A DNA stretch of 64,000 nt, taken from Candidatus Krumholzibacteriia bacterium. Lineage in GTDB: Bacteria > Krumholzibacteriota > Krumholzibacteriia > Krumholzibacteriales > Krumholzibacteriaceae. This document shows, in pieces, positions 9,982 through 19,891 of this stretch. The notes beneath the pieces are model-generated. The model saw only the letters and a list, made by a program, of their open reading frames with translations. It did not search any database and was not told the DNA's origin. A program made the translations under genes and the position numbers. Within the stretch, counting starts at the first letter, position 1. The number at the start of each line of letters is the position of its first letter. The stretch lies in contig CAWIIQ010000004.1 of the NCBI GenBank assembly GCA_963836185.1, positions 79,221 through 143,220 on the forward strand. The letters are read 5' to 3'.

Positions 9982-11262
9982 TGCAATCGCCCCCAGTCAC
10001 GTCTCCCGGAGTACATCTCCCCCTGATAATAGCGGTCATAGTGCTTCTTGTCTTCTCGGCCTTTTTCTCAGGGTCGGAAACGGCAATGTTCTCTCTTCAG
10101 CGCTCGAATGTGCACGGGATGTCGTCCGGGTCGAAAAAACAGAGGCGGGTAGCCTCTCTGCTCGCGAGGCCGAGGAAGCTTCTCGTGACCCTTCTTTTCG
10201 GCAACCTGCTCGTCAATATCGCCAACACGAGCGTCGTGACCGTTCTAGCCATAAAGCTCTATCGGCGAACGCGGCGTGGGCTATGCGATGATCCTGATGA
10301 CCCTTCTTATCCTGATGTTCGGCGAGATCCTTCCCAAGAGCATAGCGATCAAGAGGGCAAACCGGTTCTCGATTCTCGCCGCGGTACCGATCGGGATGCT
10401 CATGTATCTTTTCTATCCGGTTACCATGATCCTGGGAAAGATAGCTGACTCATCGGTGGAGATCTGCCGGAAGCTGTTCGGTGAGACCAGGGTGGAGTAT
10501 GCGTCGAGGGAACTGGCCACAGCTGTCGAGATGGGTTACAGGGATGGACTGTTCGACGATTTCGAAAAGGAGATCCTTACGAACCTCTTCCTGTTAGCTG
10601 AGACGGCCGTTCACGAGATCCTCACACCCCGTGTCGAGGTCTTCGCCCTCGATGTTGATACGACGTTTCAGGATGCCGTAGCTCAGGTCAGGGGAAAGGG
10701 ATTTACGAGGGTCCCTCTGTATGAGGGCGATCCTGACAAGATCGTGGGGATACTGCATACAAAGGATCTTCTGCTGTATTCGAGGAACGAGAGGATAACC
10801 CTTCGCGAGATTGTCAGGCCGGTCACTTTTGTGCCTGAGACGAAACCTATCAGAGACCTGCTGGGGGAGCTGACATCCTCGCACAAGCATGTCGTCATCG
10901 TAGTCGATGAGCACGGTTCGTACGAGGGGATCGTGACACTCGAGGATATCCTCGAGGAGATAATCGGAGAGATCCGCGACAGGAGAGAGCCTCGCGTAGA
11001 GGATTACAACCTGATAGATAATGATCACATCGTAGTCATGGGATCGATGCATCTGGAGGATCTCAACGAAGTATTCGGCACGATGCTTGAGTCAAAAGGC
11101 GTTGATACTATAAATGGATTCCTCTGCGAATTGACCGGCAGGATCCCGGCTGACGGAGAGTCCTTTACATATGAAGGAATACGGTTTCTTGTGCTGTCAG
11201 CGGGAAAGACTAAGATCGAGAAGATCAAGATCGAGCGGCTCGGCGAGGAGGTGGAGGGATGA
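9978..11262 (+). CDS. CNNM/hemolysin-family protein (DUF21-CBS-CorC), frameshift near 10265
   Basis: SAFFSGSETAMFS, LFGNLLVN, FGEILPK, CBS pair, VVDEHGSYEGIVTLEDILEEIIGEI, CorC_HlyC tail; split over ORFs 9978 and 10276. Confidence 0.85.
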
Positions 11263-12236
11263 GCACAGGTGCGTCCCTGTCGCTGATCATCCTCGCTATG
11301 CTCCTGGCCGCTTTCTTTGCCGGATCCGAGACGGCGATAGTCTCGTGCAGCAAGGTGAAGCTGCACAGCAGGTCCAGGCACGGCTCATGGAGAGCCAGGC
11401 TGCTCGAGAGGCTTCTTCGTGTACCGGAGTACTTTTTCAGTATCGTGCTAGTCGGCACGAACCTGGCGGTGATCAGCTGCACCGCACTGGCGACGGGCCT
11501 TGCCGTCAAGCATTTCGGGGATTCAGGAAGCCTCGTGGCGACTGTAGTCATCACACCGGTTCTGCTTATATTCGGGGAGGTCATACCGAAGTCAGCTTTC
11601 CTGTATCACGCGGACGATGTATCGATAAAGGTCGCGCCTGTCCTTCGGGTGATGTCGATAATCCTCTTTCCGCTCGTTTTTCCCGCCACAATGCTCGCTA
11701 GGATGATCTCAAGGCTCACCGGCGCGGGAGAGGGTAAGCTCGACATGCTCGGTTCGCGTGAGGACCTTATATTTCTCTACAGGAGGGGCAAGGTCGAGGG
11801 AGATCTCGAGGAACGCGATAAACAGATGATAGACGGTGTATTCAGCTTCGGGACTAGGCTGGCGCGTGAGCTCATGATCCCGATGGACGGTGTCGTGTCC
11901 TTCCCCGTCAACGCCTCGGTGGACGAGGTGATAGAGGAAGCCAACAAGCACACATATTCGAGGTTCCCGCTCGTCTCGCCGAACGACGGGAGCATCGTAG
12001 GCATTATCTCACTGTTCGATCTGCTCGGACTCGACGGTGGCGAGAGACTTGCTACTGTCATGCACGAACCGCTCATGGTGAGCGAGGATGAGTCCGCGGA
12101 ACGTCTTCTGATCAGGATGAAGGACGAGCCGCTCCATTTCGCCGTTGTCACAAATGGCGAAATGGCAATGGGTATCATAACCCTGGAAAACATCCTCGAG
12201 AGCATAGTGGGCGACATATCCAACGAGTACGAGTAG
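11259..12236 (+). CDS. Second CNNM-family protein (DUF21-CBS, no CorC domain)
   Basis: AFFAGSETA, LVGTNLA, IFGEVIPK, YSRFP, GIITLENILESIVGDI. Confidence 0.85.
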   Translation: MSTGASLSLIILAMLLAAFFAGSETAIVSCSKVKLHSRSRHGSWRARLLERLLRVPEYFFSIVLVGTNLAVISCTALATGLAVKHFGDSGSLVATVVITPVLLIFGEVIPKSAFLYHADDVSIKVAPVLRVMSIILFPLVFPATMLARMISRLTGAGEGKLDMLGSREDLIFLYRRGKVEGDLEERDKQMIDGVFSFGTRLARELMIPMDGVVSFPVNASVDEVIEEANKHTYSRFPLVSPNDGSIVGIISLFDLLGLDGGERLATVMHEPLMVSEDESAERLLIRMKDEPLHFAVVTNGEMAMGIITLENILESIVGDISNEYE

Positions 12237-12252
12237 AAGGGAGCAGTGCGGA

Positions 12253-12603
12253 ATGCAACAGTGCGTGGACATGCTGCTGCAGGGGCTCGAGAAATTCGAT
12301 GAACCGGCAGCTTTCTATAAGGGCAACAGGATAGTACAGGCCAACCAGAAGTTCGCAGAACTCTTTGAGCGCGATATAGCGGAATTCAACGACCTGCCGA
12401 TCATCGATATCTGTCACAACGAATCGATCGAGATGATCCAGGACTTCATAAGGCGACGCGCGCACCACGATGTCGATGTGCCGATGCATTACGAAGCGGC
12501 GTTCAGGACGACCAACCGGCCGAGAGTCGTGATGACTGTCAACGTCCTCAAGCTTCACAACACCGAGGGAGCCGTGCTGGCGATCCTTCACGAGAAGGGT
12601 TGA
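12253..12603 (+). CDS. Stand-alone PAS-domain protein
   Basis: RIVQANQKFAELFE...IIDICHNES pattern; GGAG RBS. Confidence 0.65.
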   Translation: MQQCVDMLLQGLEKFDEPAAFYKGNRIVQANQKFAELFERDIAEFNDLPIIDICHNESIEMIQDFIRRRAHHDVDVPMHYEAAFRTTNRPRVVMTVNVLKLHNTEGAVLAILHEKG

Positions 12604-12634
12604 TCTCCGGCGGCTCCGAATAAATCTGGAATAT

Positions 12635-12671
12635 AAAAAGGGCGGGAAGCTTCGCAGCCCCCGCCCTTTTT
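12635..12671. terminator. Bidirectional intrinsic terminator
   Basis: aaaaagggcggg...cccgcccttttt between convergent genes. Confidence 0.85.
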
Positions 12672-12692
12672 CTGCCCGAATCACGCGGACCG

Positions 12693-14223
12693 CTATTCGG
12701 GTCTGATACTTCCGATCTCCTTCTCGACCTCTTCGAGGATCTCACACGATCTCACGAGTTCCTTCATTACGGTATGATCGGGATAAAGGGGACGGTCTGA
12801 TGTCGAGGAAATCGACGTGGCGCCTGATGACTTCCTTCGCCTTCGTGACGCCCTTGCCGAAACTGTACTCCCTGAAATCGAGAGCCTGCGCCGCGGCCAT
12901 CAGCTCGATACCGAGGATGCCGCATGCGTTGTCGAATATCTGGAAGTTCTTGATCGCCGTATTCATCCCCATGGAGACGAAATCCTCCTGGTCGGCCGCC
13001 GCCGGTATCGACTGGATCGAGGCGGGCACCGAGAGGATCCTCTGCTCGACGATCTGCATGTCTGCTGTGTACTGGCTGAGCATCAGTCCCGAAAACATGC
13101 CTGCGCCCTTCGTGAGGAAGGCGGGCAGGCCTACGTTCAGCGCGGGGTGATTGAGCCTGTTCATCCTCCGCTCCGACATGACGCTGACCATCGTGACGGC
13201 AATGCCTACCATGTCCATCGGAAGGCTGACGGGCGAGCCCTGGAAGTTGGCGCCCGAGAGAGCGAGGTCCTCGTCGGGGAAGAATATCGGGTTGTCCCCG
13301 ACGCCGTTCAGCTCGATCTCGACCTGGGAGCGGGCGTAATCGATCGCGTCGTGCGCCGCGCCGATCACCTGAGGGGTCGAGCGCATCGAGTAGGCGTCCT
13401 GGACCTTGACCTTCTGGCGTCCCTCGACGAGGTCGCCGCCGGCAACGCATTTGCGTATCGCCGCGGCTGTGCGCTGTGCGCCCTTGAACCCGCGGATCGC
13501 GTGCAGCTGCGGGCTGTAAGGCTTCATGTTTGCCATCAGCGCCTCGAGCGACATCGAGGCGGCGATCTCCGCCTGGCGGAGCCATCTCTCCGTGTCGTAA
13601 AGCATGATCGCGCTCATCGCTGTCAGGAGGTTCGAGCCGTTGATAGTGGCGAGGCCGTCGCGCGCCATCAGGCCCGGAACGGGGATGCCGGCCTTGTCCA
13701 GCGCCTCTTTCCCGTCGAGCAGCTCGCCCTTGTAATACGCCTTGCCCTCACCGAGCATCAGCAGGGCGATCTGGGACATGGGGGCCAGGTCGCCGCATGC
13801 TCCGACCGAGCCCTTCTGGCAGACGAACGGGGTGACGCCCTTGTTGAGCATCGCCACGAGCGTCAGCGGGATCTCGGGGCGGCAGCCTGAATTGCCGTGG
13901 GCGAGGACGTTGATCCTCCCGGCCATCGCTCCGCGCACGTACTCGATGGGGGCGGGATCGCCGATCCCGGCAGCGTGGTTGTATATGAGATATTTCTGGA
14001 AATCCTGAATCTGATCGTCGTCGAGCACCACTTCGGAGAACTCGCCGATCCCCGTGTTGACGCCGTACATGATCTCGTGGGCGTCGATCTTCTTCTCGAG
14101 CATCGCGCGGCACTTTTTGATCGCCGCGAGGGCATGCTCGGGGATCTCTACTTCTTCACCGTGCCGGGCTATCCGGACGACCTTCTCGACTGTCAGTCCC
14201 GACCCGTCTAACGCTATAGCCAC
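12693..14223 (-). CDS. hutH: Aromatic amino acid (histidine-like) ammonia-lyase, 3' frameshift near 12800
   Basis: YGVNTGIG, GSVGACGDLAPM, VQDAYSMRSTPQVIGA, GDNP, SGANFQG, DQEDFVSMG; GTG start after GGAGG; the shifted frame restores DRPLYPD...EVEKEIG*. Confidence 0.8.
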
Positions 14224-14265
14224 AATGACCTCCTGGTGGAATTGTTTTATATTGGTGATGTGTCT

Positions 14266-14293
14266 TATAACATCATGAGGGGCCGGGTTCAAG
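14266..14293 (-). promoter_or_regulatory. Putative promoter of the ammonia-lyase gene
   Basis: On -: TTGAAC-17bp-TATAAG with extended -10 TG. Confidence 0.45.
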
Positions 14294-14316
14294 AGACAAA
14301 GCGGCCCCACCGGGAC

Positions 14317-14358
14317 AAAAATAGTAAGGGCAGCGCTTAAGTTCAAGCACTACCCTTA
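14317..14358 (-). terminator. Hairpin/terminator downstream of the M56 gene
   Basis: On -: taagggtagtgcttga-ac-ttaagcgctgccctta, about 15 bp with 3 G-U pairs (complete only on -), followed by ctattttt. Confidence 0.65.
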
Positions 14359-14394
14359 AAAATTGACAGGATATATATTTCTCCGGACGGACCG

Positions 14395-15749
14395 CTACTG
14401 GAGCTTGAATTCGACCGGCACCTTGACTTCCATCTCGACAGGCTTGCCGTCCCTTGTGCCCGGTTTGAACTCCCACTGGTATATGGCCTTGAGGGCCGAC
14501 TTCTGGAAATGCTTTCCCAGCTCCACCGCGGCCTCGTCAGCATCCTCGCCCGATCCTTTTTCTCATCGGTGTATATCTCTATGGTCGTTACTTTCGCCTC
14601 TTTGACAGCGCCCTTCTCGTCGACTGCCACGAGCATCATCAGCCTGCCCGCATAACCGGCTTTCAGGCACTCCTTTGGATACTCGGGATCGACGGACTTC
14701 AGCACCAGGGGCATTACCTCTTCGCTTTCGGCCGCTGACGATTCCGGGATCAGGAATCCGGCGACCAGGACAACGACGGCGAGCGCGATTATCGATCTGC
14801 TTCTCAGTGACATCTCGTACCTCCTCGATTCGAACAATCTTTTAAGTCTTATTTTCAGGAGCGATCCATTTCTGCCCGCCGCGGCGTAGTGCATCCCTCC
14901 CGGCAGAAGGCCGATGCGAAGCGTTTTCGTAAAGGCCCTGGCGTATGTCGCCGGGTTGATTCCCCGGCGCAGCGCTCCATCGTCACAGGCATATTCCGCC
15001 GTCATGTGCAGGCGCCGCAGTACGGGGTAGATCAGCGGGTAGAAGTGGAAAAGGGCCAGTCCCAGTCTAGCGATCAGCGAACGGAGCGGGTCCATCCGGT
15101 ATCTGTGGTTCTCTTCGTGCAGCATGATCGCCGTGAGCTCATCGTCGCCCAGAGATCGTACGAGTTCGAAGGGGATGACGATCCTCGGCCTGAAGATCCC
15201 GGTGACGCCGGGCATCAATCTCTCTTCCGTCAGAGAAACATGGTCCATATCGATCCCGCACGAGACGCAGATCCTCCTGAGCCTTCCCGCGTCGGCTCCG
15301 CCTAGAGACGTCAGCTGCCCGGCCGATCCTGTTGCCGATCGTCGAAGATCGTGGATCATCCGGAAAAGGAATATCAGCACGGCCGCCGCCCACAGGATAG
15401 TGGCGGCAGCTAAAACCGCCCCCGGGACGAGGGAAGCTCCACGGTCGAATCCCCTGAATCCGACGGCAGGGTCCACCACGGGCCCGAGCGCAGATATTCC
15501 GGGGATGCTTGCCGTCTCCATAGCCCCTGCTCCTGGGCTTATCCATCGATAAAGGCCCGAAGCCGCCGCTCTGACCAGGGAGAGAGGGAGGAATATCCTG
15601 ATCAGCCCGGTCATCCAGAGAGTGTTCCTGACACGGGCGGGAGCCTTTTTCAGGCCCCTGTCGAGCAGGAAGATGACTCCAAGAAAGAGGGTGACCTGCC
15701 AGAGGTGCAGAAGCATCCCTTTCCAGAAAATGGTAAAGAGGTCGATCAT
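14395..15749 (-). CDS. BlaR1-like M56 metallopeptidase fused to a C-terminal TonB_C domain (frameshift near 14555)
   Basis: LHLWQVTLF, PGVTGIFRPRIVIP, IMLHEENHRYRMD, AEYACDD; C-terminal PEYPKEC...AIYQWEFKPGTRDGKPVEMEVKVPVEFKLQ*. Confidence 0.85.
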
Positions 15750-16129
15750 TTCTTCCCCTTTTCCTGTTCGTCGAGGATATTCTCGAGTTCCCTGACATCC
15801 TCGATAGAGACAGCGTCCATATCGGCAAGATGAGCGACCAGCGGAGCGGCCGATCCATCGAAGAAGGTATCGAGGAGCCTGCGGATCTCCCGCTGGATCA
15901 TATCCGAGGCGGGAACGGTCGATCTGTAGACCCACGCCTTTCCCGAAAGCCTGACCTTCTCGACGGCGCCCTTCTCCTCGAGCCTCTCCAATATTTTCCT
16001 GATCGTCGAGTATCCGTGGTCGCCATCGATCTCATCCTGAAGCTCCCTCGCGGTAGCTTCACCGAGACTCCACAGCTTTCTGAGGTTGATCATTTCGAGC
16101 CGGGAGAGATCGGGGAGAGAATCCTTCAT
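15746..16129 (-). CDS. BlaI/MecI/CopY family transcriptional repressor
   Basis: LSRLEMINLRKLWSLGEATARE, YSTIRKILERLEEKGAV, FFDGSAAPLVAHL; stop overlaps the M56 start. Confidence 0.9.
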   Translation of the reverse strand: MKDSLPDLSRLEMINLRKLWSLGEATARELQDEIDGDHGYSTIRKILERLEEKGAVEKVRLSGKAWVYRSTVPASDMIQREIRRLLDTFFDGSAAPLVAHLADMDAVSIEDVRELENILDEQEKGKK

Positions 16130-16172
16130 CGTGCCTCCATCCATGCTCGCCACGACTAAGTTTGGGTATTGT

Positions 16173-16221
16173 CTGTGACAGATGTCGCATATAATATGCG
16201 ACATCTGTCGCAGTGTGTCAA
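16173..16221 (-). promoter_or_regulatory. Double BlaI-type operator overlapping a sigma70 promoter
   Basis: Two TG(C/T)GACA-N2-TGTCGCA palindromes forming a 41-bp inverted repeat; TTGACA at 16221-16216 on -. Confidence 0.8.
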
Positions 16222-16229
16222 GGGGGAAT

Positions 16230-16541
16230 CTATCCGAGGTAGGCGACTGCTATCGATACGACCAGTATGGCCAGTCCGGTGACATTGAGGATATTCGCGA
16301 TCCTAATGACAAGCGGGAGCCTCTCCACGTTTCCAGCGACGGCCAGGGCGATCTTCGGGAATTTGAGGAAATTGGCTATCCCTATGGCGAAGAGGCAGAT
16401 GCCCCATACCGGGACTCCAGCGATGACATACATGCCGCGGCTCAGCTCCACGAAAGCCAGGGCTGTGAATATGATCCCCCAGAAGAGATTCATGCCTGAG
16501 CCGCCTGAATGTTCCTGGTCCATGCCGCTGTTTTCCTCCAT
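16230..16541 (-). CDS. Small membrane protein (about 3 TM)
   Basis: Hydrophobic C-terminal part of ORF 16230..17024; TGATG coupling to the upstream gene. Confidence 0.55.
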   Translation of the reverse strand: MEENSGMDQEHSGGSGMNLFWGIIFTALAFVELSRGMYVIAGVPVWGICLFAIGIANFLKFPKIALAVAGNVERLPLVIRIANILNVTGLAILVVSIAVAYLG

Positions 16542-16991
16542 CAACCGCCCGCCTCCTTGAGCACGCTGGATCTCCTGTCGATCCGCCACGCGCTTATCAG
16601 AAGAACACCTGCCGAAAGAGGAGGCAGGCCGAGTGCGGCCATTATGATCGCTTTCGCCGAAACGGGAAATAGTCCCGCAATCAGCGGGTACCCGGCAAAT
16701 ACGGCCGCGGCCGCCAGTGGCAGGGCTATCCTTCCGATCCTCACCCATCTCCACGCGGTAAGAGCGAGGAGGAGAAGAAGGATAGTGAAGCCGAGGGGGA
16801 TGAGCAATCCGCCGAGGGAGGCTCCGCCACGCGAATTGAAGTCGCGGGCCGAACTCGCTACGGCGAAAAAGATCCAGAATCCGGCCCAGAGGCTGCTGAT
16901 CACCCTGCGCGAGAAAATCCATCCATCTCGCAGCGGGTTCCCGCTGCCCGGCGGGGGATCGAGTCTCTTTGTGCTTTTTGTCTTCGTTCAT
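16541..16991 (-). CDS. Hypothetical membrane protein (frameshift near 16903)
   Basis: MNEDKKHKE... joins ISSLWAGFWIFFAVAS...; about 4 TM; ATGA overlap with the nuclease stop. Confidence 0.55.
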
Positions 16992-17987
16992 GGCAGCCTG
17001 TCCGGGTTGTTCTCGTCCCTGCATATGCGGTAGAAGTTACAGTACCTGCAAAGCCCGTTGTCGATCTTCGGGAAGAGATCCGGAGGGCCGGCCTCGTTCC
17101 TCGCAATGTCATTTTTCACAAGCACTGACGAGAGCTTGTCGATCCCGCCGCGGATGTGACTGTAGAATTCCTCCAGGTTTTCTTCGGAGATACTGTACTC
17201 GACGGCCGCGCCATCGTCGAGAAGATTCACTTCGAGCATCCTTATCCTTGAAAGAGGTTCTCCGAGGATGGACGCCGCGTAATAACCGTAGACTCCGAGC
17301 TGCACACGGGCCTTGCCGTCCTTTTCACTGCCGCTCTTCTTTCCGCTGAATGTCTTCCAGTCGACGATGTTGAAGGACCCGTCGGTGCCGCGGTACATGA
17401 AATCGGTCTTGGCGAATACCTTCGCTCCCTCGAACTCGAAGACCTGCGCGAACTCGGCCAGATCGATATTCTCGATCGCCCAGCCGTCGGGGTCCGTTCC
17501 GGCGATAGCGGCCAGGATGTCGCTCTCGAGAAGCCCTTTCATCGCCGTGAGGCACTCATCCCTCGTCTTCTGCAGTTTTTCCGGAGGGATCGGCCGGTCG
17601 TACTCGTGCTCGAAGAGGGCCAGCCAGTCGATGTTGAGGCGGCCGCTCTTCTTTTTCGGCTCGGTGAGATATTTCTTTGTAGCTGGAGAAATCGAGCTGC
17701 GTCTCGAAGCGTTCGAGGGTATAGCGGCTTACATCCTCGAAGGCAGGTATCCTGCCCTTTGCCCTCAACGAGGCGAGGACCTTTGTCGCGATGTAATGGA
17801 CGAGCTGGCCTCGCCAGAGCGGGAGGGAGGTCAGGCGTTTGAGCCTGAAAGCCTCCCTGGCGATCCTGGGAGCCTGTCTTTCCCAGCCCCCCCAGCTGAG
17901 GTAGTAGTGGAAGTAGTACCGTCTCAGGCAGGAGTCGAACATCGACTCCCTCGAAACTGACCATCCGAATTCGTTTACAAGGGCCAT
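16988..17987 (-). CDS. PD-(D/E)XK nuclease, Cas4/AddB-like with 4 Cys (frameshifted near 17670)
   Basis: WSVSRESMFDSCLRRYYFHYY, AKTDF...IVDWKT, QLGVY, LCRYCNFYRIC; pieces in ORFs 17556..18011 and 16988..17542. Confidence 0.8.
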
Positions 17988-18032
17988 TGCGGCGGACCAG
18001 GCTCCCGTCAAAGATCAGCGGCGGCCGTACGG

Positions 18033-18491
18033 CTACTTGTCGAAGACTCCACGGTGGATCCTGTTCTCCAGCCTGTAACTCTCGAACTCGTAGTCGAACT
18101 TCATGCTCTTCTTGCCTCTCAGCGCGACCGCCTTCTTGGTATACATGTAGAGATGATACTTGCCGCCGGCCTTCTGCTGCGAGAGTTTTTCATATTCGGC
18201 GCGCGTAAAGATCCATGTCCTCAGCGTACTGAGGTCCACGCATGCCACGAAATCGGCCTCGTTGTCTACCGACACCCACCAGTCGAGGGCCATCTTACCC
18301 TTGCCGCCGGCCTTCTTTGGACGCAGATTGGTCGTGACGAGGACGGTCCACTTCCTCTTCGGCCTTGTCAGGTTGATGACGAGATCGAACCCGTTTCTGC
18401 CGAGCTGGCAAGGGATGCCCTCGCGAAGTAGCAGGGAGTTGACGAACAATTTGCCGCTCACCCCGATCATGCTCTTCGGCACTTCATTCAT
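18033..18491 (-). CDS. Hypothetical protein, possible degenerate restriction-endonuclease-like fold
   Basis: GVSGKLFVNSLLLREG...GFDLVI...TVLVTTN; coupled to acpS. Confidence 0.6.
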   Translation of the reverse strand: MNEVPKSMIGVSGKLFVNSLLLREGIPCQLGRNGFDLVINLTRPKRKWTVLVTTNLRPKKAGGKGKMALDWWVSVDNEADFVACVDLSTLRTWIFTRAEYEKLSQQKAGGKYHLYMYTKKAVALRGKKSMKFDYEFESYRLENRIHRGVFDK

Positions 18492-18874
18492 TTCTGACCT
18501 CCTTCCAGTATGACGATTGCCTGTGCTATGCCAGCTTCATGCGACAGGCTGAGATGCGAGGTCGATGCTCCGCGGGATCTGACTGCCTCCAGCGCCCGGC
18601 TGGAGAGAGACAGAAGCGGTCGTCCCGATTCCTCCCTTGTCACGCTGACCTCCTTTAGCGAGATCCCCCTCCCCCAACCGGTACCAAGCGCTTTGAAGAA
18701 TGCCTCTCTTGCTGCGAACCTTGCCGCGAAGTACTGGGCGCTATCCCTGCGCCCTGTGCCTCCGGCGATCTCCTCTTCAGTGAAGATCTTGTTCAGGAAT
18801 CTCTGTCCGTATAACTCGATTAATCGAGCGATACGACTGATCGAGACCGAGTCGATCCCTACACCGACTATCAT
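18488..18874 (-). CDS. acpS: Holo-ACP synthase
   Basis: IVGVGIDSV, AARFAAREAFFKALGTG, HLSLSHE. Confidence 0.95.
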   Translation of the reverse strand: MIVGVGIDSVSISRIARLIELYGQRFLNKIFTEEEIAGGTGRRDSAQYFAARFAAREAFFKALGTGWGRGISLKEVSVTREESGRPLLSLSSRALEAVRSRGASTSHLSLSHEAGIAQAIVILEGGQK

Positions 18875-19007
18875 GACTTTCTTCCCCCAGGCTCGGAATG
18901 ACTTTGAGACTTGTCCTGAAATCTATTTGTAACTATACTCAACTGCACGATATCATTGCTTACATTATTAATAAAGAAATATTTGTAAAAAATTTTTGAC
19001 AGTTATC

Positions 19008-19889
19008 ATGACTATCGATTACGACATTCCTCTCTACCGGCCCCCCAGTGAAGCTCAGTCGCTTATTCTTCAGGCTACGCTCGGATGTTCTCATAACGCC
19101 TGCAGATTCTGTTACATGTATAAAGATAAAAGGTTCCAGGTCAAGCCGGAGGAGAGGTTCCTCGAGGAGATAGACACAGCGGCGGCTGCAATATCCAACG
19201 GCGCGAAGGATCTTTCTCGCCGATGGAGACGCGATGGTTCTCTCCGCCGGGCGGCTCGAACGGATTCTCGACAGGCTTAACGCGTCCTTCCCGCAGCTTC
19301 AGAGGGTGACCGTCTACGCGAATCCGGCGAATCTTCTGGGGAAATCGAAGGAAGAGCTGGAGAGGCTCAGGGAGAGGAAGCTCTCGATACTCTACTACGG
19401 CGTGGAGACAGGCGACCCTGAGCTTCTCAACAGGATAGAGAAGGGTGCGACTCCCGATGAGATGGCCGAAGGGTGCTCGCGGGCGTCCGAAGCGGGGATA
19501 AAGCTCTCCGTCACCGTCATACTCGGACTCGCGGGAAAAGAGGGAAGCCTGAGGCACGCGCGGATTGACCGCGGAGCTTCTCAACCGGATCCAGCCTCGA
19601 TACCTTTCGGCGCTGACTCTGATGCTCGGTCCGTGGAAAGGACAGCTACGCCTCATCGATGGGCCCGGGATTCGAATTCAACTCGGCCCTCGACGACATC
19701 CGTGAGCTGCGCGAGCTCATCGCGGGCCTCGAGACCGACAAGTGCATATTCAGGAGCAACCACGCTTCGAACTATCTAGCCCTCAAGGGGACGCTGCTCA
19801 AGGACAGGACGGCCCTTCTCGACGAGATCGACCGCGCACTCGACGATCCCGAAGGGCGGCTGCGGCCGGAGTGGGTACGGGGGCTTTGA
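19008..19889 (+). CDS. Radical SAM protein (two frameshifts, near 19200 and 19565)
   Basis: LYRPPSEAQSLILQATLGCSHNACRFCYMYK (CX4CX2C), YGVETGD, ILGLAG, FRSNHASNYL. Confidence 0.85.
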
Positions 19890-19891
19890 TC

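Noticed and set aside
16988-17987. CRISPR-Cas locus suggested by the Cas4-like gene
   Set aside because: I found no repeat-spacer array and no other cas genes in the window.
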